Assembly: GCA_965644495.1 (NCBI GenBank)
Contig: CBFFSA010000001.1
Location: forward strand, 1,488,001 to 1,552,000
Source of the DNA: Perkinsela sp. CCAP 1560/9
Lineage: Eukaryota > Protista > Euglenozoa: Kinetoplastea
Direction: 5' to 3'
DNA length: 64,000 nucleotides
Below are positions 1 to 9,306 of the stretch, in pieces. The position numbers and the translations under genes are program-made. Below the pieces are notes generated by a model. It had not been told where the DNA came from. It saw only the letters and a program-made list of their open reading frames with translations, and did not search any database. The number at the start of each line of letters is the position of its first letter. Position 1 is the first letter of the stretch.

Positions 1-645
1 CCCTTGCCTTACACCTGCTGAGCTCATTATAATGTCCGTCAGGCTGCCATCGGAGCCATAAAATAAAAGTTCGGAAGCATTTGAATATTCGGCCGCAAAG
101 AACCTTTGAAAGGGTTTCAGTGTAGCGAAAGCAAAAACGCACTTTGCAATTTCCTCTCGTGAGGGTGAGTTGAATGCATTTTGCATATCCACGGTCAGGA
201 TTGAGTGTCCGTCAAGCCAGCGGTCCCGCAACTTGTGTACGATTCGTTCGCACCCCGCTTGAGAGAATACGCCTTGTTGCATTGGTGCAAAGAGGGGTTC
301 CAGTGACTTTTCGTATCTTTGCAGCAGAATTATTCCAGCTAATTTGCTAAATATTTCTCCAATGGCTACTGGGCGTACTCCCCCGTTGGGCTTGTCGATG
401 GCTACGAGTCTTGCCCGATTTAGACGCTGTAGAACTTGTCTAGATAGGAATCCGTTGATCAGATCGCTCATCATGTGACAAAGACTATTGCAACATGGCT
501 CGTCGTCTATGAGAAGTCTAACGATGCTGTCGGTCGTACCTGTAGGCCCAGGGCTCACACCTTTTGCCAGTCGTCTACTTGCACATCTTAATTCTTGTAC
601 GGCTATTCCTGCGATAATCGGTGCATCTTCCGAACTTTGAAATTG
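1..645 (-). pseudogene. CRE-like non-LTR RT fragment, subfamily II; runs off the window edge
   Basis: Minus-strand translation gives ...APIIAGIAVQELRCASRRLAKGVSPGPTGTTD... and SAGVRQG at 1-21, collinear with the 1275-aa ORF. Confidence 0.85.
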
Positions 646-869
646 CAGTTTTAAAAAGATGGGTGCCAACAACGCGTCCCTGCTTTTGCTAGGTTTGTGT
701 ATTTGTAAGTTATGATTTTATCTTTGTAAACTTATGAGGCAATAGTTTTAAGAATCCTTCCGCTTTTTGATAACGTTTCGGATTTGTTTTTGTCTTACGG
801 ATCAAAGTAGCAGCCACGAGCATGATGCAGACCGAAACGAGCTTTTTTTTTACAAAAAAAAATTGCGTT

Positions 870-1020
870 TTCATTCATCGAACAGGATGTCCTGTTCGAT
901 GAATGATTCATCGAACGGGTCGTACTGCAATCCATTCATCGAACAGGATGTCCTGTTCGATGAATATTCATCGAACGGACAGTGCGTTCGATGAATATTC
1001 ATCGAGTGCCCCCCCTCCCC
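870..1020. mobile_element. Probable right end of a TIR DNA transposon variant (second copy 8735-8885)
   Basis: Cluster of TTCGATGAATATTCATCGAA-type palindromes ending in a C-run terminus, like the TIR family at 30655-33088. Confidence 0.65.
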
Positions 1021-1516
1021 TAACGGGCAACGACGCAGAAGACTGAAGGCAGAAGAAACGGCTCGCCGAAAGGCAGAAGAAACGAAGAAGGCAGAGGACT
1101 GCGCTACTAGACCGCACGAGCAATTACACCACACCGTTTGCACCACACAAATCAATGCACCAACGCCACTAGACGCACCCGAAGAATTTCTGAACGATGA
1201 ACCTAAATATCATTTCGCTCTAAAGATTGTGCAACGACGCATCAACGTCGTGTACATAACCTTCCCATATGTTGTAGCCCAAAACTAATAATTCAACCTG
1301 CCTTAAGTTACAGTATTTATTGGGGGGTGTATAAACGAGGGGTGCATAAACAGGGGATGGGGGAATATGCTTGGGAAAGGACGTGCAATACCCCCATCCA
1401 CAAAAATTAGAACTTCAGTTATAGTATCCTAAATTTCATATCGTAAACTCATATTTCGCATTTCTGAAACACCAACAAAAAAGATTATCACGCAAACTTG
1501 TGTCCTATCGTCCTTT

Positions 1517-3814
1517 TCAAGCTTTCATAGAACCGAGCCATGAAGCTCGCGGTAGGAGGTCACGGAGCTGTGAGACAATTGTATAAGCGTTGAGTTTTTC
1601 AATCTCAAGCTGAAATGCCTCACGAACTTCAGGAACGTTAAGGTTCGCTCTCTTAGCGAGGGAGGCTATGAGATTCCGTGTGTGTTCGTGCAAAGAACCA
1701 CTTTCGGTCATTGCAATGCACTTAAAGTAATCTTCTTCGATCCCGCCGGATTCAAAGTACTTTTTCCTTTTCCTCTCAATCGCATTTTGCAACAGCTGTG
1801 TTTCAGTCATCTTCCGATAGCTTAAGCTTCCGGTGTGAACTACGGTGATGTCATACAGTACTTCGCCCATGTGTGGCCACATAATACCGAGGTCGGGGCC
1901 AGAGCGTATTCTTCGGGCACGGCAAGGGTGCTTCTCAATCGATTCTGGAGAAATGTGCGCTTTGCATTTTGTGCAGTAAAAGGAAGCATGCATGCGCGGT
2001 TCAATCACAGAGGGGAGGCCCGCTTTAGAGCACAGATCTGCTAGGAACCGTACAAGAGATGAATGCTTTCTTGTTGCGTTCATTCCTGCGCATTTTGTGC
2101 ATCCGATTATATGTTGGAAGATTTCGTCCGATCTCATCTCAGCAGCACAACCCGGGCACTCGGCTCTTTCCGGCATCGAAGGAAGCTTGATTCCCAACCT
2201 GGTCATAATGGTATATCGGAAAAGGTAGGGATTCACATATCCGCTAGTGGATTGTAGGTGGCGAAATGACGTCGTGGTTCGCTTCAGAATGGAGTCCAAT
2301 CGTGGGTCTTTGCGTAGGTCTGTTGCTAGATCTTTTTGTTCTTTTTTTATGGCTTGGGATGCATGTACTCGAGCTGTTTGCTGCATGGGTTTCGTGTCTC
2401 TGTTTTGATCTTTCGACATGCGAATACCTACCGGAGCTTTAGGGGTAATTAGTTGCTCATCAATAGATTTTCGTGCGGTGTCAAAATAGTATCGCTGCTT
2501 CAGAGTAGAAGGAGTTAGCCCAAGGCCACCCAAGTGTTGCGGTAGTGACGCTAGTTGAATGGAAGTGTCATCTGCGAAGAACCAATATTTTACAATATCA
2601 GCAATTTCTGTGTCAAATCTTTGTGCCATATCCAGGGATTCTGCCGGTCGGTGAACTCGAAGGTGATAATCGTTTCGCGGGAGTGCACATCGTTGCAGCA
2701 TGGCGAGGGAGATGTTGCTAGGACCCATTTTTCGTAGCCTGCGGAATAAACATTGATGTTTCTCAAGTTTTCGGACGAGAAGAGCACTTATCTCTGCACG
2801 TTGCCCAATGTAGGCGCCGAGAATTTTGATAGTTTTGTCACACTTGGATACCCCTAAAGAACTGAGAGCCAATGATTGTTCGTTGTTTTGCTTAGTAGCT
2901 TCGTGATCAAACCATTCTGATTTCGAGAAGTTGATATTGAGGCCAATGTCGGATGATAATTCACGCAGCTGCAGGAAGGCTGCTTCTAGGGAAAGACGGT
3001 TTTTCGACGACATCGTCACATCATCCATATAGGCGCGGATTTTAACCTCGGGGAATAACTCGGCGAGTTCCACCAACGCTCCTTGTAGTAGTGCACAAAA
3101 GTAAAGAGAGGAAAGCGCAGAGCCTTGCCGTACCCCGGACGTGCTCTTTATCGTAGTGTGGAGGCGGTTGTTCGCAAAGAAAAGCAAGTCCGAGGGGTCG
3201 CCGTATTCGCAGTAGAACATCCGCATGAATGGTTTGAAAGCGCTGTTTTGCTGCAGTGCCCGTGCAATGGCCGCTCTTTGTGGAGTGTTATACGCGTTCG
3301 AGTAGTCTACTGTCAGGATAGTGTGTCCGGAATCGCGGTCCTTGAGGAGTTCGTGAACAATGCTTTCGCACGCGTTTTTCTGTAGGACTCCACGTTGGAT
3401 GGGATAGAAGAAGCCTTTTAGAGATGCCTCTTGGCGTTGCAACAGAATGGAACCGCATATTTTTAGCACTGTATCACCCATCGCGATTGGTCGTATGCCG
3501 TTTTGTGGTTTCGCAAGGGCAATAATTCTACATCGAGTTAATCTGTTGCGTACCGATGCGCATACATCACCATTGATGACGTCCCTGAGCATGTGACATA
3601 GCGCGGTACAGGATTCGTTGTCGTCGGCTAATAGGCGGAGGATATTCTCACCGAGGCCTGTCGGCCCCGGGGCCGCTCCATGGGCAAGCTTGGTTATAGC
3701 CATCCGGACTTCTTCCAACTCAACCACACCGGCTGGCGGATATTCCGAAGTAGGTGCAGGGGGCGGGTCGCCAGGAGGGTGTAATTCTTTCAGCCGTCGT
3801 ACCTTGTCGTCCAA
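1517..3814 (-). CDS. CRE/SLACS-like RT-RLE polyprotein, subfamily I, C-terminal 765 aa; its N-terminal part is displaced to 6333-6720
   Basis: RT motifs GIRPIAMG, VDYSNAYN, GVRQGSALS, AYMDD, KILG; CPGC..H..C knuckles; RLE GPD...YD.TV...RKRKKY. The frame is open to ~3904 (IRNALKAARAG). Confidence 0.93.
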   Translation of the reverse strand: MDDKVRRLKELHPPGDPPPAPTSEYPPAGVVELEEVRMAITKLAHGAAPGPTGLGENILRLLADDNESCTALCHMLRDVINGDVCASVRNRLTRCRIIALAKPQNGIRPIAMGDTVLKICGSILLQRQEASLKGFFYPIQRGVLQKNACESIVHELLKDRDSGHTILTVDYSNAYNTPQRAAIARALQQNSAFKPFMRMFYCEYGDPSDLLFFANNRLHTTIKSTSGVRQGSALSSLYFCALLQGALVELAELFPEVKIRAYMDDVTMSSKNRLSLEAAFLQLRELSSDIGLNINFSKSEWFDHEATKQNNEQSLALSSLGVSKCDKTIKILGAYIGQRAEISALLVRKLEKHQCLFRRLRKMGPSNISLAMLQRCALPRNDYHLRVHRPAESLDMAQRFDTEIADIVKYWFFADDTSIQLASLPQHLGGLGLTPSTLKQRYYFDTARKSIDEQLITPKAPVGIRMSKDQNRDTKPMQQTARVHASQAIKKEQKDLATDLRKDPRLDSILKRTTTSFRHLQSTSGYVNPYLFRYTIMTRLGIKLPSMPERAECPGCAAEMRSDEIFQHIIGCTKCAGMNATRKHSSLVRFLADLCSKAGLPSVIEPRMHASFYCTKCKAHISPESIEKHPCRARRIRSGPDLGIMWPHMGEVLYDITVVHTGSLSYRKMTETQLLQNAIERKRKKYFESGGIEEDYFKCIAMTESGSLHEHTRNLIASLAKRANLNVPEVREAFQLEIEKLNAYTIVSQLRDLLPRASWLGSMKA

Positions 3815-3914
3815 ACTTAGTGAGGAGTCGAGATAGACGTTGTCCAGAACCCTGGTTGCTTTGCCAAGATTCCCTGCGCGAGCTGCCTTTAGAGCGTTCC
3901 GGATTTAGAGCGTT

Positions 3915-5568
3915 CCCGGATGCGTCCAATGTACAGGGCTTAATGCCACAGTGAAGCACAATCGGCTGGTTAAGTATATCTTCGATTTGGCGCAAAAGGC
4001 CGGTATACAATGTGAGAAAGAACCGCGATCTTTTTCGACTTGGCAATGCGGAATTTGCAAGAATAAAGTGTTTCCAAGCAACAAAATGATTCATGACAAA
4101 ACATGTGCCGGACGTCAGCTGTTTCGCTCAGGGCCTGATTTGGTGATATATATAAACGTCGTATGCCCGGGATGCTGTGGTCCAGAAACATCTTCTAGTA
4201 TTATTCCACATATCGCAGGATGCTCGAGATGCTCAGGTATGAACTGCACTCGTAAACACTCTCACATCGTGCGCTATCTAGCTGACTTGTGCGCGAAGGC
4301 AGGACTTCCGTGTGTTATCGAACCGCGAATTCACTCCTCATTTTATTGTACAAAGTGTAAATGCTCTATTTCTGCGGAGGTTTCTGACCAACATCCATGT
4401 AAGGCGCGCAGGATTCGATCTGGCCCCGACCTCGCTATCATGTGGCCCCATATGGGAGAAGTCCTCTATGATTTCACAGTGGTTCACACTTGCTGCAACA
4501 GTTACAAGAAACAAACAAGCAACTACCTACTGCAGCAAGCCCAGGAAAGGAAGTTCAAGAAATATGTGACAGAGAAAGGTGTGGACAGTGAGGCATTTCG
4601 TTGCATCGCCGCCTCAGATTGTGGTGTGTTGCACAACGACACAAAACAACTATTAAAGGCGTTGGCTCAGCGCGCGAATCGAAAATATGAAAACGTGCGT
4701 GAGGCTTTTCAGCTGGAACTTGAAAAGCTATCGGCTTACACGGTAGTGTCTCAACTCCGAGATTACATCACCGATGAAAAGTGGATTGGGAGTTTACGAC
4801 TCTAAAAGAGTTCACTACCACACGTATATCTCCGTACAAATAAGTATTGATTAGTTGCCTTCGAATATATTAGGTCCTTTCGAATATATTAGATACTGCT
4901 ACTTCTGCATTGATTCTTCATCACGTTTGACAACAATTGGCGCGTATACAATAATTGATCCGGGAACTGTTCTTTTTTACTTTGAGGCTTTGCTGGTTTC
5001 GAGGGGACAAGTGTCATCAAAAAATGATATATTGGTCAACCGGGGAAATATTTTATGATCTAACTGTGGTGCACGAGCTATCGAACTCCAATCAAGCGAA
5101 ATCTTGTTCCCAGCTTCTTACAGATGCAATCAAGCGGAAACGGGATACATATGTGACATCCGGAAAAATTCCCGACTTCGCATTTCAGTGCATCCCAGTG
5201 CTGTCCTGCGGCTCTCTTCATCAAAATACGAGATCTCTGTTGCATGTCCTATCCGACGCGGCACTCTTAAATCGTCGAGCAACTGAAATGGAGTTCAAGC
5301 TCCTACTTCAGGAACTGAATGGGACGGAAGTGTACGCCCAGTTGCGGAACCACTTATCCCCGCAAGGCAGCAGCAGGTACAGCATTTGAGCCAAATGTAT
5401 CAACATAGTTTCGTTTCTCAATGCCTATTAATGTATTATTATATACATAATATCTATAGCGAATTCCCACTCAAAAATATATAAAAAGAATAAAAATTGC
5501 AAAGGAAGGCAATATTATCACTGCTTGCACTGATTCTTGAGGAGTTTCGTAAAAAAAAAAAAAAAAAA
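3915..5568 (+). mobile_element. 5'-truncated subfamily II CRE copy (RLE region, 3'UTR, polyA 5551-5568), itself split by the 4152-5024 insertion
   Basis: KHNRLV..CEKEPR..SGPDLVIY (to 4151) continues as WSTGEIFYDLTVVHEL (from 5033) to the stop at 5389; polyA tail follows. Confidence 0.85.
4152..5024 (+). mobile_element. 5'-truncated subfamily I CRE copy with an 8-bp TSD; creates the chimeric 284-aa ORF 3951-4805 (copy 11741-12595)
   Basis: TSD tgatatat at 4144-4151 and 5025-5032, preceded by a short A-run. The protein closely matches the C-terminus of the 1161-aa ORF. Confidence 0.85.
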
Positions 5569-5574
5569 TCTAAA

Positions 5575-6270
5575 CTTTAACGATAAGATACATCTTTAAC
5601 GATAAAGATACAGTTTCTGTACCTTGTTGAATTATTTCCCCTTTTCTTCCATACACCATCTTCCAGACCATGGGAGGGCACCCCCCTCAAATACACTCCT
5701 TTTTGTCGGCATCCCCCTTCCCCGTCTCGTCCCATCACCCCCCTGCGCCGCATCCCCCCACCTCACCCTCCCTCCGCAGTGCGCTTGCCCCCCCGGTTGT
5801 GTTTCTCTCTCGCGTCCCCCACCCCCGTGTCAGCAGCCAAAAGTATACAATACTTGCTCACGGGGTGGGGGCAGAGTTCCTGGCAGATGGGCCCGTGCTT
5901 CGCCTCCTCTCGCCCCTGCGTCAGTCGCCCCGTGTCTCTCTCCGCGCTCTTCTCCCTCGGCGTGACGACGTCTTTGTGTTTCGTGGCCTCCACGTCTCCC
6001 ACCCTCGTACGGCAACCAAAAGTATTTATTACTGCTAACGGGGTGGGAGCGGAGGTGCAGGACCATATGGGCCTGGGTGCATGCGGATCGGTGAGTGGGG
6101 TAGGGAGTGAGGGAAGGGAAGTACGAGAGGGCTAAGAGGAGTAGGTGTGGAAAGTATGGGGAGTAAGGGAAAGTGAAGGGCCGTAAGTGTGGAAATTGTG
6201 GAAAAGTTGGACTCCATACATAAAAAGTTAGACTCAATACTATTCCCCCCAATTATTTGCAAAAAAAAAA
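5575..6270 (+). mobile_element. SL-headed, polyA-tailed non-autonomous retroposon (SINE-like), ~0.7 kb; copy at 13367-14061
   Basis: Starts with a partial plus a 38-nt SL (5575-5629) and ends CCCCCCAATTATTTGC-An. TSD (aa)tctaaa at 5567-5574 and 6271-6278. No conserved ORF (frameshift between the two copies). Confidence 0.8.
5592..5629 (+). ncRNA. Spliced-leader (mini-exon)-like sequence, 38 nt; copy at 13384-13421
   Basis: ATCTTTAACGATAAAGATACAGTTTCTGTACCTTGTTG; the core ACAGTTTCTGTAC and terminal TTG match the kinetoplastid SL. Confidence 0.85.
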
Positions 6271-6332
6271 AATCTAAAGGAACGAATCTTATTATTTTCA
6301 TTAATAGATCTTGTGAAGGTAATCGAATTATT

Positions 6333-6720
6333 GATTGAGCGCCGGTCAATTTCGAGTTCCTTCTGTTCTTCTTCGGTCAGATTGTCCACTGCTTCGGGTT
6401 TCGCGTTCTTTGGTAAGTGTGGTACACTTTCGCGTCGACGTATAGCTTTCCGGACTGTGAGTAGCGAATCGCGGGGCGCGTTCAGAAATTTATGCCAGAC
6501 TGCTTCCTTCTCCGATGTCAGTTCTAGTCTTGGATAGTCTTTGATGATGGAACGAAAAATGGTAACTACGTGCACAGAGAAAGCCGAGTCAATTTGTGCG
6601 AAAGGCGGTAGCGGTTCTAAATCAACTCCGTGGTCAACTTCTTCAGCATCACCTGCTGCACTCTCCATGGTTTGAGGTTCGTACCTAGGGACTCGGTGGA
6701 GTTTCATGGCGTCAATGCTG
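6333..6720 (-). pseudogene. N-terminal part of the 1517-3904 subfamily I element
   Basis: DLEPLPPFAQIDSAFSVHVV...EIDRRSI joins RNALKAARAG at 3904 (compare QIDKRSIRNALNTARAG in the 1161-aa ORF); 4-bp gatt at both junctions. Confidence 0.85.
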
Positions 6721-6752
6721 AGGATCCTGATCAATGATGCTTGGATCCTGAT

Positions 6753-7330
6753 CCTTGTTGTTGTTGTTGTTTTTTTTTTTTTTAGTCTTACTGATGGGAA
6801 TGTTCACCCGCAGCCGGGCGAAAGAAACGGGATTAGCTCCCGTTGTCCAACCGCTACCGCCCACACGCCGAAAGAAAAAGCCGGAGGAACAACCATCGGA
6901 AACCCGTGCCCCCCCACCACCGTCGTCGCCGCCGCCGCCACAACAACAACAGCCACCCCATTCAGCACCACGAAAGACACCCTCACAACGAACTTCTCCT
7001 CCGCCGCTGCCGCGATTGCCTTCTCTGCTGCGCACGCCGTCCGACACATCGCCGCGGGCGCAGATAACAACTCCGCCACTGCCTCGCCCACTCTCCCCCA
7101 ATTTAGCTCACGAGGCATACGCGGCGGTAAATTCGTCACGATCGTCCTCAGTTCCTCGGCCGCACGAGCCGATCCACACAGCGACGCGGGCTCAGCCGTC
7201 CCGTCCACCATTGCCGCGTCCACTCTCTCCCCCTCCCGCCCACAATTCTATCGCGCCAGCGAATCCGCATCCATCGCCCGAAAGCCAAAAAAGTAGCAGT
7301 CTGAAAATTAAAATCACATCAACTCGAGAT
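6753..7330 (+). pseudogene. 5' end of a CRE-like element: SL remnant, T-rich leader and Pro-rich N-terminus MGMFTRSRAKETG
   Basis: ccttgttg at 6753-6760, ATG at 6794; homologous to the N-termini at 46.7, 51.2 and 55.6 kb. Confidence 0.7.
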
Positions 7331-7366
7331 CTAATCATACCACCGGTTACAAACCCTGCTTCTCAC

Positions 7367-8052
7367 GCATTGGGATTGCACATCCGAGCCTCCCCTCCAA
7401 TTTACAGTGTCCAGGGTGCCATGCATTACTTACCCCCCGTACAGCGCTCACGCACGTGTCCGGGTGCGTCAAATGTTCAGGCAATAACGCAACGGCAAAG
7501 CACAACAGGATGGTTCGGAATATTTATGAATTATGCATAAAATCAGGTCTGCCCTGTGAGCTGGAACCCAGACAGTTCTCCACCTATACTTGCGCAAAAT
7601 GTGGAGCAAGCGTGGATGGCGACGGCAAATCCCATCACCTAAGAACCTGCGGATCCGGATCTTTTTATCATTCGGGCCCAGATATCGTGATTCATTGGGC
7701 AAGCGGAGATGTATACTACGATTTCACCATCGTCCACGAGCTATCGCAATCAAATGTTGGACGTAGCACCGCTCAGCTTTTCCGTGATGCCATAAAACGC
7801 AAAGTCTCCAAATACGTGGCGTCTAAGCTTATTCCTAATGAGCAATTCCAATGTGTACCAATGCTCTCCGGCGGTGCAATGCACAGCAACACCAAAGCGC
7901 TTATCACAACCCTGGCTGATGCATGTGGACTCGAACGGGACTTCGTAGTACAGGATTTCACCCTTCGACTACAGGAACTTAACGGTTCAGTGGTGATGTC
8001 CCAACTCCGCAAATACATAGCCACAACTCAAGTGGACAATACGGCTTTTTAG
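7367..8052 (+). pseudogene. Subfamily II CRE 3' fragment (knuckles + RLE); copies at 15158-15843, 36818-37091 + 41257-41400, and 46733-47008
   Basis: CPGC...CVKC..KH..CELEPR..GPDIVIHW..YYDFTIVHEL; near-identical nucleotide copies. Confidence 0.88.
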
Positions 8053-9306
8053 GCACGTGCGAGTTTTTCGGTAGGCGTTGACTATTGATATAAGAGTTGA
8101 AGTTTAGACGACTGAAAGTCTATGAAAAGAAACTGAGATGAATGTTCACAGACAGTGACACTAAACAAAATTTTATAAAGAACACACTTTTTATAAAGAA
8201 CACACTTTTTATAAAGGACCAGAACCAATCCAAGGCAAAACGATTCATGTTGCAATATGTTGCATGTCCCGCTATAACCGAAGTGACGGTTTGTAAAAAA
8301 AAAACTTCTCACTAAAGGAATTCAACTCAATAACGAAAAATGCATCTGGTTTGAAGGGAAAAGCGACGCCCCCATTCCATCAACACTCAAAGAAGAAGGT
8401 GTGCGTACAGAGAGCGAAGTCATTAAAGTACTGGGTGCATTCGTTGGGGAGGAACAGCGCATAGGATCCGAATTAATCCGAACGCTGGAAAAACACCATA
8501 CGATATTCAGACGTCTTAAAAAGATGGGTGCCAACAACGCGTCCCTGCTTTTGCTAGGTTTGTGTATTTGTAAGTTATGATTTTATCTTTGTAAACTTAT
8601 GAGGCAATAGTTTTAAGAATCCTTCCGCTTTTTGATAACGTTTCGGATTTGTTTTTGTCTTACGGATCAAAGTAGCAGCCACGAGCATGATGCAGACCGA
8701 AACGAGCTTTTTTTTTACAAAAAAAAATTGCGTTTTCATTCATCGAACAGGACATCCTGTTCGATGAATGATTCATCGAACGGGTCGTACTGCAATCCAT
8801 TCATCGAACAGGATGTCCTGTTCGATGAATATTCATCGAACGGACAGTGCGTTCGATGAATATTCATCGAGTGCCCCCCCTCCCCGGACTGCGCTACTAG
8901 ACCGCACGAGCAATTACACCACACCGTTTGCACCACACAAATCAATGCACCAACGCCACTAGACGCACCCGAAGAATTTCTGAACGATGAACCTAAATAT
9001 CATTTCGCTCTAAAGATTGTGCAACGACGCATCAACGTCGTGTACATAACCTTCCCATATGTTGTAGCCCAAAACTAATAATTCAACCTGCCTTAAGTTA
9101 CAGTATTTATTGGGGGGTGTATAAACGAGGGGTGCATAAACAGGGGATGGGGGAATATGCTTGGGAAAGGACGTGCAATACCCCCATCCACAAAAATTAG
9201 AACTTCAGTTATAGTATCCTAAATTTCATATCGTAAACTCATATTTCGCATTTCTGAAACACCAACAAAAAAGATTATCACGCAAACTTGTGTCCTATCG
9301 TCCTTT

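Noticed and set aside
870-1010. CRISPR-like array of palindromic repeats (also 48890-48970 and 50570-50650)
   Set aside because: There are no unique spacers or cas genes; the repeats are subterminal motifs of TSD-flanked TIR elements.
6706-7296. Overlapping ORFs in several frames over Pro-rich regions
   Set aside because: These are shadow ORFs expected from GC-rich low-complexity sequence.
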